This document shows positions 10,557 to 21,691 of a DNA stretch of 22,697 nucleotides, piece by piece. This stretch comes from Vermamoeba vermiformis (lineage: Eukaryota). The position numbers and the translations under genes were made by a program. Position 1 is the stretch's first letter, and every line of letters begins with the position of its first letter. The stretch spans positions 62,001 to 84,697 of the forward strand of contig JBEWZL010000157.1 of assembly GCA_045837725.1 (NCBI GenBank), written 5' to 3'. The notes under the pieces are model-generated. The model was not told where the DNA came from. It made no database searches and saw only the letters and a program-made list of their open reading frames with translations.

Positions 10557-12902
10557 CTTTCAAAGTCGTTAATATACTTGTCATCGAGCTGGTTAATTCC
10601 GACTTACTTCCAGTCCGGATCCAAACGACCTTGCTGTGCCATTCGAACTGCAGCTATCAGAGCAGGACCTTCAAGCGCTTGAACTTTAGCCTTCAAAGAT
10701 TCGGGAGTTTCGGCTGCTTCTACTTTGCAACGGTGTTGCACGATGACTTCTCCAGCATCAACTTCGGGCTCAATCAAATGGACGGAGCAGCCAGTCTCAG
10801 TCTTGCCACTCTCGAGCACTGCTTTGTGAACAGCAAGGTCCATCAAGCCCTTGAAGTCAGGGAGCAAGGACGGGTGGACATTGACCATAGGAATGCGCTA
10901 ATGAGAAAGTGAGTTATTGGTACCTTTCAGCGCTGAAATTCATTACTTACGAGCTTTTTGAAGTGTTCCACGAAGGGCTTGGACAAAATTCTCATCCAAC
11001 CAATCAGTAAAACCATGTCAATGCCTTCAAGGTACTCGATCAATTTAGCGTCGTATTTCTCTCTCGTCAAGCCATTGACTGGAATGAATTTGCACGGCAA
11101 GTTGTGCTCTTTGGCACGCGTCAAAATGTAAGCGTCAGATTTGTTGCTCAATACGATGCGGATTTCAGCGTTCAGTTCATTGGCGTTGATAGCGTCGATG
11201 ATAGCTTGCATGTCAGTGCCGCGAGTGGAGCCCAAGACGGCAAGACGCAGAGGCTTGAAACTCTTTTGAGCAATGTCTCTGCGGTACTGAGCACCTTCGA
11301 ATTTGATGTTTTCAAGAACTGCAGTAGATAGTTAATACAAAGTGTCGAGCTCTCGATATGATCGTACCTTCGTAGGCTCTGCCAGCAGCGCGATTAAGCG
11401 ACGAGTTGACAGCTGTCACAGCGAGCACGCGACCACCAGAAGTCACCAACTGACCGTCCTTAACTTGAGTACCTGCGTGGAAGATAACAACGTCCGACGA
11501 TTGAGCGTTGATGCCAGTGATGGGCTTGTTCGAGGCATAGCTGCCAGGATAGCCGCCCGAAGCTAAGACGACAGTAGCGGCCGACAGATTGCTGTGCCAG
11601 TGAACTTTAAGGCTGTCGAGAGTGCCATTGACGCAGGCTGAAGCAATTTCAAAGAGATCAGTCTTCAGCAAGGGCAAGACGACTTGAGTTTCAGGGTCGC
11701 CAAATCTGCAGTTGAATTCGAGCACGATGGGGCCTTTCTCAGTCATCATCAGTCCAGCAAACAAAACACCAACGAATGGAGTGCCTTCAGCGGCCATTCC
11801 TTTGATGGCAGGTTCGATGACTTTGGCTGTCAATTCGGCACGCAGCGCTTCGTAGTCTGGAACCGGAGCAAAAGCACCCATGCCTCCCGTGTTGGGTCCT
11901 TTGTCACCGTCATGGACACGCTTGTGATCCTGAGCGGTGGGCATTGAAATCACGTGCTTGCCGTCTGAAAAGGCGAGAAGGGAAATTTCTTCGCCGGACA
12001 AGACTTCTTCGAGCACCACTGCAGACAAGTCAGCTACGATTTCGCGAATAATAAATCATTGTTGTGAGGGGTAAATACCTGTGTCTCCAGCAGTTCCGAC
12101 GATTTTGTTTTGCATAATATCTTTGACTGCATCTTTGGCTGAAAAATTTTTGGTCAATACTTGACATCAAATCCAATTTTGATTTGTCTTACCTTCCTGT
12201 TTGTTTGCAGGAACGATTACACCTTTGCCGGCAGCCAAACCTGAGGCTTTGACAACAACGTTGTGGTCGAGCGAGTCGATGTACTGATAAATTTCTTCCA
12301 GCGATTGTGTATTCGTAAACGTTTTATACTGCGCGGTAGGAATGCCGTGGCGAATCATGAAGTCCTTGGCAAATGATTTTGAGGCTTCAATTTGAGCTGC
12401 TTTAGCTGTGGGACCGAAGCACGGGATCTTGGCGGTAGCCAGCTTGTCTAAATAAATTTTAAAATATTTTCGAACGGAATTTGCTGTATTTTAAAAAAGT
12501 TACCTGCTAAACCATTTGACAAAGGCACTTCAGGGCCGACAATCACGAGATCTACCTTTTGATCTGCGCAAAATGAAACAATATCGTCTTCTTTCGTAGC
12601 ATTATAATTTTCAATGGCAACCTTTTCATTTTTCATCGAGGCAGTTCCTACAAAGGGGAAGATAGCATTTAGATTCGTTCGTCATGATCTTTCGTGAAAT
12701 ATTAATATCTATTCAAATACCTCCATTTCCAGGGCAAACAACGATCCTATATTTTGATAATACATACAGGTCAAAAAACAATGTAAATTAAGGATCTGAT
12801 CTCGATCGCGCTCACCTTTTCGAGATGCGGGCTTTGCGCAAGCTTCCAAACGATAGCGTGTTCACGACCGCCTGATCCAACAACAACTACAGTTTTAGAC
12901 AT
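9352..12902 (-). CDS. GART: Trifunctional purine biosynthesis protein, domain order GARS(PurD)-GART(PurN)-AIRS(PurM), 11 exons
   Basis: Starts [21 protein letters not shown] (PurD). Contains DHKR, NTGGMGA and [12 protein letters not shown]; then [15 protein letters not shown] and [17 protein letters not shown] (PurN); then [45 protein letters not shown] and TWNMGIG (PurM). Stop TAA at 9354-9352. Nine of ten introns join in phase; the exon 1/2 junction is off by +1. Confidence 0.93.
10608..11253 (-). other. purN: GAR transformylase (PurN) domain of the trifunctional gene
   Basis: LIGWMRILS, catalytic N-x-H in NVHPSLLP, catalytic D in VDAG, and [14 protein letters not shown]. Confidence 0.95.
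11269..12902 (-). other. purD: GAR synthetase (PurD) domain of the trifunctional gene
   Basis: [55 protein letters not shown] and the terminal YRRDIA motif. Confidence 0.95.
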
Positions 12903-13088
12903 GCTTGGTAGCGTAAACAAATCGATATAAATTATAATAATAAACTTGGTGACCGTTGCACAAACAAGCGGTCAGAAAGTCGCAAAAAACTTTTCGACAA
13001 CCATTTACAACTTGTTTTTTAATCATTATTTATATATATAGCAATATATTGTACATACGTGATCGCTTTATAGCGAGCTTATTGTACA
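12903..13088. promoter_or_regulatory. Putative bidirectional promoter between the GARS-GART-AIRS gene and PurL
   Basis: 186-bp AT-rich interval between two divergent ATGs (12902 minus, 13089 plus). Contains a TATATATATA tract and an imperfect dyad at 12944-12980. Promoter function is inferred from geometry only. Confidence 0.7.
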
Positions 13089-16000
13089 ATGGCACTTTTA
13101 AAATATTTCAAAACTCCGGGCCTTTCTCCAGCCGAGGTTTCAGCCGTAAAAGACAAGGTTGCAACGTACTTTGGCAGCCAAATCACGTTAGAGCTCTTTG
13201 AGACCGAGAATTGCATTTATATTGACACTGATGGCCAGAAACTAGACGGATCAGATATTGAAAAATTATCCTGGCTCTTCCGAGAGACTTTTGAGCCTCA
13301 TAACTTTGGAACCTTATCCTTTATGGTACGTTCTTATTTTTAAAAATGAATTTCAGGTTTTGTGCACCAATTTCTCGACATACAAGGAACGATCTGATCT
13401 GCTTGTTTAGGACACTAAAGTAATGTCAGCTATCGACCCAACAAAAAGATGTGTTTTCGTGGAACTCGGTCCTCGATTGAATTTCTCTACAGCTTGGTCA
13501 ACAAACGCGATCAACATTTTCAGATCGTGTGGCTTGAGCAAAGTACAACGCATTGAACAGTCGCGCCGTTTGCTGTTACGACTTGCTTGCCACGATACAG
13601 TTGATGACGCTGCCTTCCATAAAGCTGAGAGCCAATTTATTTCCTCCCTTTACGATCGCATGACAGAAATGATCTACCGAGAGCCCCTGACAAGCTTCAA
13701 GTTAAATATGACTCCTGAGGTATTAATTAACGCTACAAGTAGCAATATAATAACATTTCTGACGGAATATTTCAGAACTGGTTTAAAGTGCCTGTCATCG
13801 AGCAAGGTCGTGCAGCGCTGGAGAAGATCAACAAAGAAATGGGCCTTGCATTCGACGATTGGGATTTGGACTATTACACTCAGTTGTTCAAAGAAAAGAT
13901 TCAACGCGATCCGACTTCCGTCGAGTGCTTCGATTTGAGTCAATCGAACAGCGAGCACTCTCGTCACTGGTTCTTCAAGGGAAAGTAAGTCGTTGACTCA
14001 AGTGCGCGTCAATCATATCTAACGGTGCTGATAGGATGGTCATTGACGGCCAAGAAATGCCGTTCTCTTTGTTTGACCTCGTTATGGACACGTTGAAGCA
14101 ATCACCTTCGACCAACTCGCTCATCGCTTATCGTGACAATGCTCGTGCCATCAAGGGCAGCACGATCAAACAGTTGCGCACGACAGATCCCACCACTGCA
14201 AGTCAAGTCGAGCCCGTTGAAAAAGAGTTCGCGCTGACGTTCACCGCCGAGACACATAACTTCCCCACGGGCATCGCACCCTTCCCCGGTGCTGAGACAG
14301 GCACTGGCGGTCGATTGCGTGACACTCACTGCGTAGGTCGTGGCGCGCTCATTATTGCCGGCACAGCTGGTTATTCCGTGGGCAATTTGAACATTCCCGA
14401 TTATCCTTTGCCTTGGGAGGACAACTCATGGAGCTATCCTTCAAATATGGCCAAGTACGTCTTTTTAATCCTGGGCGTCGTTACTTAATGTGCAACTTTC
14501 AGACCTTTGCAAATCGAAATCGAAGCTAGTAACGGAGCCAGTGATTACGGCAACAAGTTTGGTGAGCCAGTCATTCTCGGCTTTACGCGTTCATTGGGCA
14601 TCAAGACTCCCAACGGTGAACGACGCGAATACATCAAGCCCATCATGTTCACGGGTGGCTTCGGCCAAATGAGCATGGAGCATTTGAAGAAGGGTGATCC
14701 CGAGGTTGGTATGGTCATCGTTAAGCTCGGTGGTCCTGCCTATCGTATTGGAATTGGTGGTGGTGCTGCTAGCTCCATGGCGCAAGGTCAAAACGACGAG
14801 AACTTGGACTTCAATGCCGTGCAACGAGGCGATGCTGAAATGGTACGAATAATGAGCGCTTTAGAGTTGTATTAACGTTGTATGTTCAGGAATCCAAGAT
14901 GAACCGAGTCATTCGTGCTTGCGTGGAATTGGGACCTCGCAATCCAATCATCAGCATTCACGATCAAGGTGCTGGTGGCAATGGTAACGTGCTGAAAGAG
15001 ATTGTTGAGCCTGCTGGTGCTAAGATTGAGGTACGAATGAAACTCAAGTGCCCCATAACCGGATTTATTAACCGCGTGTTAGATCCGCAAAATTTTGGTT
15101 GGCGACGAAACTTTGTCAGTTCTCGAGATCTGGGGTGCTGAATACCAAGAAGCTGATGCCCTGTTGATCAAGCCTGAAGACATGACATTCTTTTCTTCTC
15201 TCTGCGAACGTGAAGGCTGCCCTGTAGCTTTCGTCGGTACTGTCACCGGTGATGGCCGTGTGGTAGTGCACGACGAGAAAGACAACTCCACGCCTTTTGA
15301 TCTCGAACTCGATCACGTGCTCGGTAAAATGCCGCGCAAGACGTTCAACAGCAACAGAGTGAAGATGGCTGGACAGCCGTTGTCCCTCAATGTCGGCGCG
15401 AAAGATCACCATGCAGCCACTAAGGCCATTCTCGACCGCGTTCTGCGCTTGCTGAGCGTTGGTTCGAAGAGATTTTTGGTTCACAAAGTCGACCGCTCAG
15501 TTAGTGGGCTCATTGCTCAACAACAGTGCGTTGGTCCTCTGCATATTCCTCTCGCGAACAACGCCGTCATCTCTCAAAGGTACGAGCCAATTGAATGTAA
15601 CGAAAGCGCTAGGGTACTAATACCGATTGCAGCTATTATGGCTTGACTGGTGGTGCTACATCAGTGGGTGAACAGCCGTTCAAGACTTTACTCGACCCCG
15701 CAGCGATGGCTCGTATGACTGTTGGAGAAGCGTTGACTAATTTGATCTTCACGAAAGTCTCTTCGGTAAGTTTCGTTTGCGCTTGAAAAAGATGACATTA
15801 AGTAATACCTGGATCGCAGCTCCAAGATGTCAAGTGCTCAGCCAACTGGATGTGGCCCGCGAAGTTACCCGGAGAAGGTGCTGCCATCTACGACGCCGTT
15901 CAAGGCTTGCACGATGTTCTCGTTGCACTCGGCGTTGCTATTGACGGAGGCAAGGACAGTTTGAGCATGGCCGCGAAGGTCACTCATCCCGACAACACCA

Positions 16001-17694
16001 CTGAAATGGTTAAAGCTCCTGGCACCCTCGTCTTGTCCACGAACTGCAGTGTACCGGATATCACGAAGAAGATCACCCCTGACATTAAAGCGGCTGGTGA
16101 AAGCAAGCTGATCTTCGTTAACTTGAGCGACAAACAACGGTAAGTTCTTCGGTGCATTTGATTGCAGATACCAATACATTACTTTAGACTTGGCTGCTCC
16201 GCTCTTACTCAAGTCTACAATCAACTCGGCGATGCTTGCCCTGATTTTGAGCACGTAGATTTATTCAAATCAACTTGGGAAGTCGTTCAGCACTTGATCG
16301 GCGAAGAGAAGCTGTTGGCAGGTCATGATCGCAGCGATGGTGGCTTGATCGTCACGCTGCTCGAAATGGCATTTGCTGGCGACTGCGGCCTGAACCTCTC
16401 ACTTGATGTCACCGGCGACTTCGACAAATCAATCGTCCCCTTCTTATTCAACGAAGAACTTGGTCTCGTGTTTGAAGTTCACAACTCCGTGCTGGAATCA
16501 GTGGTCAATGAATTTAAGAGCAAGTCAGTGTTCGTTATAGTCTTGGGCTCTACAACCGTTGAAAAGACAATCACAATCAAGGCTGGCGCATCTACGATTT
16601 TGCACGACAGTATGGTTGATTTGCGCGATGTCTGGGAGGCAACCAGCTTTGAACTGGAAATGCGCCAAAAGAATCCCAAGTGTATCGTGCAAGAGAAGAC
16701 CGGTCTAAAATCACGCAAGGCACCTCCAGTCAAGTTGAGCTTCAAACCAGTCGCATCGATCGAATCGCAATTGAAGGCTCCTACTAACCGTCCTCGTATC
16801 GCTGTGCTTCGCGAAGAAGGTAGCAACGGTGACCGCGAAATGGTTGCTGCTTGGTACACCGCTGGCTTCGATGTTTGGGACGTGAAGATGTCGGACTTTG
16901 TCACCTCTGACTTCAGCTTGAAATCGTTCCGCGGTGTTGCTTTCGTTGGCGGCTTTTCGTACGCAGATGTGCTGGGCTCGGCTAAGGGTTGGGCTGGCGT
17001 CACACGCTTCAACGAGAAGATTTTCAAGGAGTTCAACGATTTCTACGCTCGGTAATGATTAATTTGGTGTTTTATTTCTATGCGTGTCTAACCTCGTCAA
17101 TTGCAGCAAAAATACGTTCAGTTTGGGAGTTTGCAATGGCTGTCAATTGATGGCGTTACTAGGCTGGGTACCTTACGGCAAGGAAACACCCGATGAGAAG
17201 CAGCCTCGCTTCATTCGCAACCTTTCGGAGCACTTCGAGTCGCGTTACAGCACTGTGAAGATTTTGCCTAGTCCAGCAATTATGTTGAAAGGAATGGAAG
17301 GATCGACGCTTGGTATTTGGGTAGCGCATGGAGAAGGTACAAGTACAACTTTTACTAATTCAACTGCTAATGTATTCCTTCCAAAGGTCGCGCTTATTTC
17401 CCGGATCACGCAATTTTCGATTCGGTTATTCAAAAGAATTTGGCTCCGATTCGATACGTTGATGATGATAACAATCATACTGAGCAATATCCATTTAATC
17501 CTAATGGTTCACCGCTTGGCATTGCATCCTTGTGCTCCGAAGATGGCCGCCACCTAGCAATCATGCCGCATCCAGAGCGATGCTTCCTGAAATGGCAATT
17601 GCCATGGATGCCTGCAGACTGGAGGTCTTTGGAGGCTTCACCTTGGCTGAAAATATTCCAGAACGCTCGTATTTGGTGTGATGCAACTCTCTAA
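13089..17694 (+). CDS. purL: Phosphoribosylformylglycinamidine synthase (large PurL/PFAS/Ade6), 12 exons
   Basis: GPRLNFSTAWSTN, QSNSEHSRHWFF, AETHNFPT, GASDYGNKFGEP, HDQGAGG, KVDRSV, DGGKDSLSM, HDRSDGG, REEGSNGDREM, GGFSYADVLGS, and glutaminase GVCNGCQ and MPHPER. All 11 introns join in phase. Confidence 0.97.
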
Positions 17695-18015
17695 AGAACA
17701 AATTAGATTTTTGTTTGCCAAATAAACCAAAAAAATCATCATAGCCAGAAATAAGCTTAATTCAACCTGTCCCGAGTTTATTGATCAATCGAAGCAAACT
17801 GCAACGGAAACTCAAAACGTTTGGAAAGTTGGTCGTTTTCAGGTAATTCGAAACGTACCTCCATACGATCGACATTAATAACCCTTTAATTATTCAATAT
17901 TATACTTTTAATAAAATTAGTTTTTTAATCGCGCGATCTGTGACCAGTCACAAAGCCAATTGACAGTTGTCAAAACTTTTTTAAATCAAATTGGTTGTAG
18001 TTTAATATACACAAT

Positions 18016-19506
18016 ATGAAAACGACTATATTATTAGTATTGATTTTCTCAATTTCACTTGGCGCTGCGTCATATTCGGGCGACATTTGTGGAGGAGAGC
18101 TGTTACAATCGGATCTGGCCTTGGAGAAGCGCATGACCAGCCAAATTCGTTGCCAAATGCACGATTGTGATGACCCCGCGATTAGGTACTGCTGTTAATT
18201 AATATTAATAGCTTTTTAACCGTTTGTTTAATTTAGGAATCTGTATCTGCTCAATGGCGAATCTCCCCTCACTAACATTCGCCTAAATATTGTATATTTC
18301 GGTGATTTATCAGGTCAAAATCGAACTACTTATGACGCTCAGGTAAATTTACTGGTCTTATTTTGTTCGGATCTAATCCGTTTCAGCTCGAATTTTTTCA
18401 ACAAGCTTACCTCCAACAAATGAATATTACGTGGAATATTACCACTACAGTAGTAACTGACAAGTACCAAACCGTCGTCGGATCAGTCTCGTCGCAATAC
18501 AGAGTAGAGCACGAGCAGATGGCACAAGAATTCTATGTGCCTGGTTATATGACGTTACTATGGACCACGTTCTACCCTAATCTAGACTCAATTAGCGGAT
18601 ACGCGTTCACTCCTCAAACGTCGAACCTAACGGATCCCACTCAATGGTACGCGATCTTGAATTTAGGCGCAATCGCGCCAAAAAGCACTGTTATGATTCA
18701 TGAAGTCGGTCATATGTTAGGTAAGTTCTATTCACTGATATTACTGATCGCATTTTTCGCCGACAACAGAAAATTTGTTGTGCACAAAAGCGGAAAATTG
18801 GTTCAATTAATAATAATTTTTTAAACCTTTTCGATTTTAGGGCTGCTACATACTTTTGCCTCTTCTTATTACGGCTCTAGCTGTACTTATTGCAACGATA
18901 ACGTCAACTCCGAAAACCACGACATTGTCGGAGATTTATGCAGCGATACAAGACCGGTGTCGCAGACCAGTTATTGCGACCATTTGATCTCTGGTAATCA
19001 TAATCAAATTTAATATGACATCACGATTGGAGGTACATATATATTTAATGCTCATTGCTACAGGCTATGATTGCTCCTCTACACCCTACGGCAATATCTC
19101 ACTGTTGCCGCAAGACAATTTCATGTCATACACTAACTGTCCAACACGATTCACTGTGCAACAAACAGCTCGGGCACGGTGTTATTTGGACAGGCTCATT
19201 AATTTTGTGGTTAATAACAATGAACCTGTATCGTCTGAACCTCTTGCTGTACCAGATGCTCCAATTGCAAACACACCATTTGAGAACAACATACCACCAG
19301 CATCTAGCACCCCCTCAACTTTTGGACCAATCAGCGACAGCCAATCTGAACCGAGTACCAGCAATGTGCCTTCAGTGTCAAGTCCAGTACAATCTCCATC
19401 ATCGAATGTTGTTTCGACTGGTTCTCGTGCAGTGAAAGCAGCACTGTTAGGCCTGGTGTATGTAATAAATGCTCGTTTAATAAATAATTATCAACAAATT
19501 GATTAG
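18016..19506 (+). CDS. Secreted M43 (pappalysin-like) zinc metalloprotease with Ser/Pro-rich tail; 3' end uncertain
   Basis: Signal peptide MKTTILLVLIFSISLGAA. Splicing out 18721-18840 gives HEVGHMLGLLHTF (HExxHxxGxxH). GDLCSDTRP, Met-turn NFMSY and FTVQQTARARCYLD follow, then an S/P/T-rich stretch and a short hydrophobic segment. Confidence 0.88.
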
Positions 19507-19668
19507 CTTCTTGAGGACTTTGCAAGCACTACAACTTCCACTTCCTCCTCTCACACCAATCATTCACAACTCCAATGCTGTTGTTCACCCTGCTGCCAAG
19601 AACTTTTCTGAGTTGGATCAAAAGACTATCTACTTAAAAAAGTTACGGATGACTGCTTTTGGATGTAA

Positions 19669-19711
19669 GAGTGACTCCCCGATTTTGTCCCCGTTCCCCA
19701 ATTTTGTCCCC
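19669..19711 (+). repeat. Left terminal inverted repeat
   Basis: GAGTGACTCCCCGATTTTGTCCCCGTTCCCCAATTTTGTCCCC. Confidence 0.93.
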
Positions 19712-19816
19712 AGTATAATTTAACTGTACTTTATTATGATAAGGGATTAATCTGAGGTACAATATATAGTATTGTTCTACTTGATGATTACTAAAAGTAG
19801 AAGGCATGGTCAGCTG

Positions 19817-21533
19817 TTATTCGCTACTGTCATCGGATGAAAGCTCCATTTCATTGCCGGACAACTGGTTGATCTTCTCCATGCACTCGGCAGTGTGCAA
19901 TTCTGCTATGTTTGAGTCCTCCTGACAGACAAGACATGCCTTATAAGTTTCACATATCTCACAGGTCCAAAATTTGTGGTTGACTCGATATATTTTCTGA
20001 CATGTCGTACATGTACGCTGCTGGATCCAGTGCTGTTCCTTCTGTTTTTTCTTCTCAGCTGCCTCAGCTTTCTCTTTTTGAGCATCCTGTTTGTCCTTCT
20101 TGACTTGCTCTCTCTTCTGCTTGGCAGCATTCTTCTCTTCTTGCAATTTCTTGGCCTCAGCCTCGACTTTTTCAGCGTGTTCCAGCATTTCAGAACCAAG
20201 CATCAGTTTGTTCTTGGCAGCAGAGCGTCCTTGCCTGGGCTTTGTCTTGTTTGTGTTGGAGGTCACAACCTCCTTAACTGTGTCCACCATTGACAAGAAC
20301 TGTTTCTCTTCGGGCGGAGTAGCCTTCGACTTTTGTTGCCACAGGTACGCGTTGACAAATTTGTCGCGTATCACCTTTTCATCAAAGGGCCAGATGCCTG
20401 TGTGCTTGAATCCAGCTTGAATGACCTCTTTTGTGAATATTTGGGACTTGTTCTCTTCAAGTATCTCCTCAAGCATACCATCCATTGTCCCCAGAGATTA
20501 GTCGCTTCATTCTTTCCCACTCGACACTTTTGCGCATGTTGAATTTGAATGAGGCAAATATGACGTCATCAAGAGGTTGAAGCAAATGGGTAGTATGAGC
20601 AGGTAGGTACAGTGGCTGAATATTGTTATCCACCATTAGTTTGCAACTGGAAAGCTCAAGGTGGGTACTGTGTCGATCAAGAAGTAAGAGCGCTGGTCGA
20701 TTGGCCTTGAAGGCGTTAAGTTGCTCCACAAGTGCTGCTATAATTTGCTTCCATAATTCATTTGTTATAAATCCATTAGCAGTAGTTGCATAATAAGTGG
20801 GGCTAGAGCTCCTGGTAAGGCGAAGCTGTGGTATGACAGGAATCGTCGTGCCCTTGCCCGTGTCACCTTTTGACATCTCTTTGTAGATCAGCACGGTCAT
20901 CCATACTCTGCCAGACGCAGCAACAAAAGGCAATATAGTTCGTAGGTGACCTTTGGGAGTATTCATCCTCCCTTGCTTTTTTGACTTGGCACTCATTAGT
21001 AGCTTGCGAACTTCTGAATCATTGAACTTACATGGAGATTCGTCTGCATTAATGATGAAGTCCTCAGAATAATCGTTTTGAGCCAATAACTTCTTGTATA
21101 TAGCAATGAATTGATTTAATACATCAGGAGAGACTGAATTAACACGACCCATGTCAAGACCTTTTCCAAACGTGTGTGATATGAGATCGCCGCGTCGTTT
21201 TACAAATCCAGAAAACCAATGATCGCCTCGCCAATTGTCATCTAATTTCCAAATTGTCCGCACAAATGTTAAGAACATGGTACGTGAGAAAGGCATTCCA
21301 ACTGCCGAGAAGGCCAAAATTATCGCACAAAGTCGTTTTTCTTCCTCATCTGAAAACTTGCGATTTCCATGTTGCTTATTTTTTTGTTTTTTTGAACGCT
21401 GATAAGCCTTACGTAATGTTTCAAATTTGATATTATTATTTGCACTAATTTAGCAAATAATTTTGCGAGCGGAGGATTCTCCCGCCGAAATCCGCTGGTT
21501 GATCAGTGTGAATAATTCGCCGTACTTGCTCAT
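19817..21533 (-). pseudogene. Disrupted DD35D transposase (CENP-B-like HTH + DDE_1 + coiled coil + Cys-rich finger)
   Basis: ATG at 21533. WFSGFVKRR HTH, INADES, LLLDRHSTH and LQPLD (35 residues between the last two Asp), GFKHTGIWPFD, C-terminal CTTC..WTCEIC..CLVC. In-frame TAA at 21452-21450 and a +1 frameshift near 20490. Confidence 0.85.
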
Positions 21534-21648
21534 CAAGAAATAAATATATCTCTTATTAAAATTAATATACACTAGTGTGGTCTAGTGTTTAATATAAAAT
21601 AAATTTATTTCTGTTATTGTTGCGCGGGAGATAATGAGCAAAAACGGC

Positions 21649-21691
21649 GGGGACAAATTCGGGGGGTGGGGACAAAATCGGGGAGTCACTC
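21649..21691 (-). repeat. Right terminal inverted repeat
   Basis: Reverse complement reads GAGTGACTCCCCGATTTTGTCCCCACCCCCCGAATTTGTCCCC. Confidence 0.93.

Larger units (their letters stand above)
19669..21691 (-). mobile_element. pogo/Fot1-like (Tc1-mariner superfamily) DNA transposon, 2023 bp
   Basis: 43-bp TIRs at 19669-19711 and 21649-21691 (first 24 bp identical, 38/43 overall), flanked on both sides by TAA. Internal DDE transposase. Confidence 0.93.

Noticed and set aside
10604-10606. Stop codon separating purN from purM as independent genes
   Set aside because: The TAA is part of the GTAAGT donor of a 51-bp intron that joins the domains in frame.
9352-17694. Bacterial pur operon or contaminant
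   Set aside because: Both genes contain many spliceosomal introns of the same style as neighbouring genes, and PurL has eukaryote-type motifs.
11-19506. Alternative genetic code with stop-codon reassignment to explain fragmented ORFs
   Set aside because: Nearly all interruptions are resolved by canonical introns, and TAA, TAG and TGA all serve as true stops.
20030-20180. CT-rich low-complexity tract
   Set aside because: It is the antisense of the K/E/Q/A-rich coiled coil of the transposase.
19669-21691. PIF/Harbinger assignment based on the TAA flanks
   Set aside because: The transposase has pogo/Fot1 DDE_1 motifs (NADES, DxHxxH, QPLD), and there is no second Myb-like ORF.
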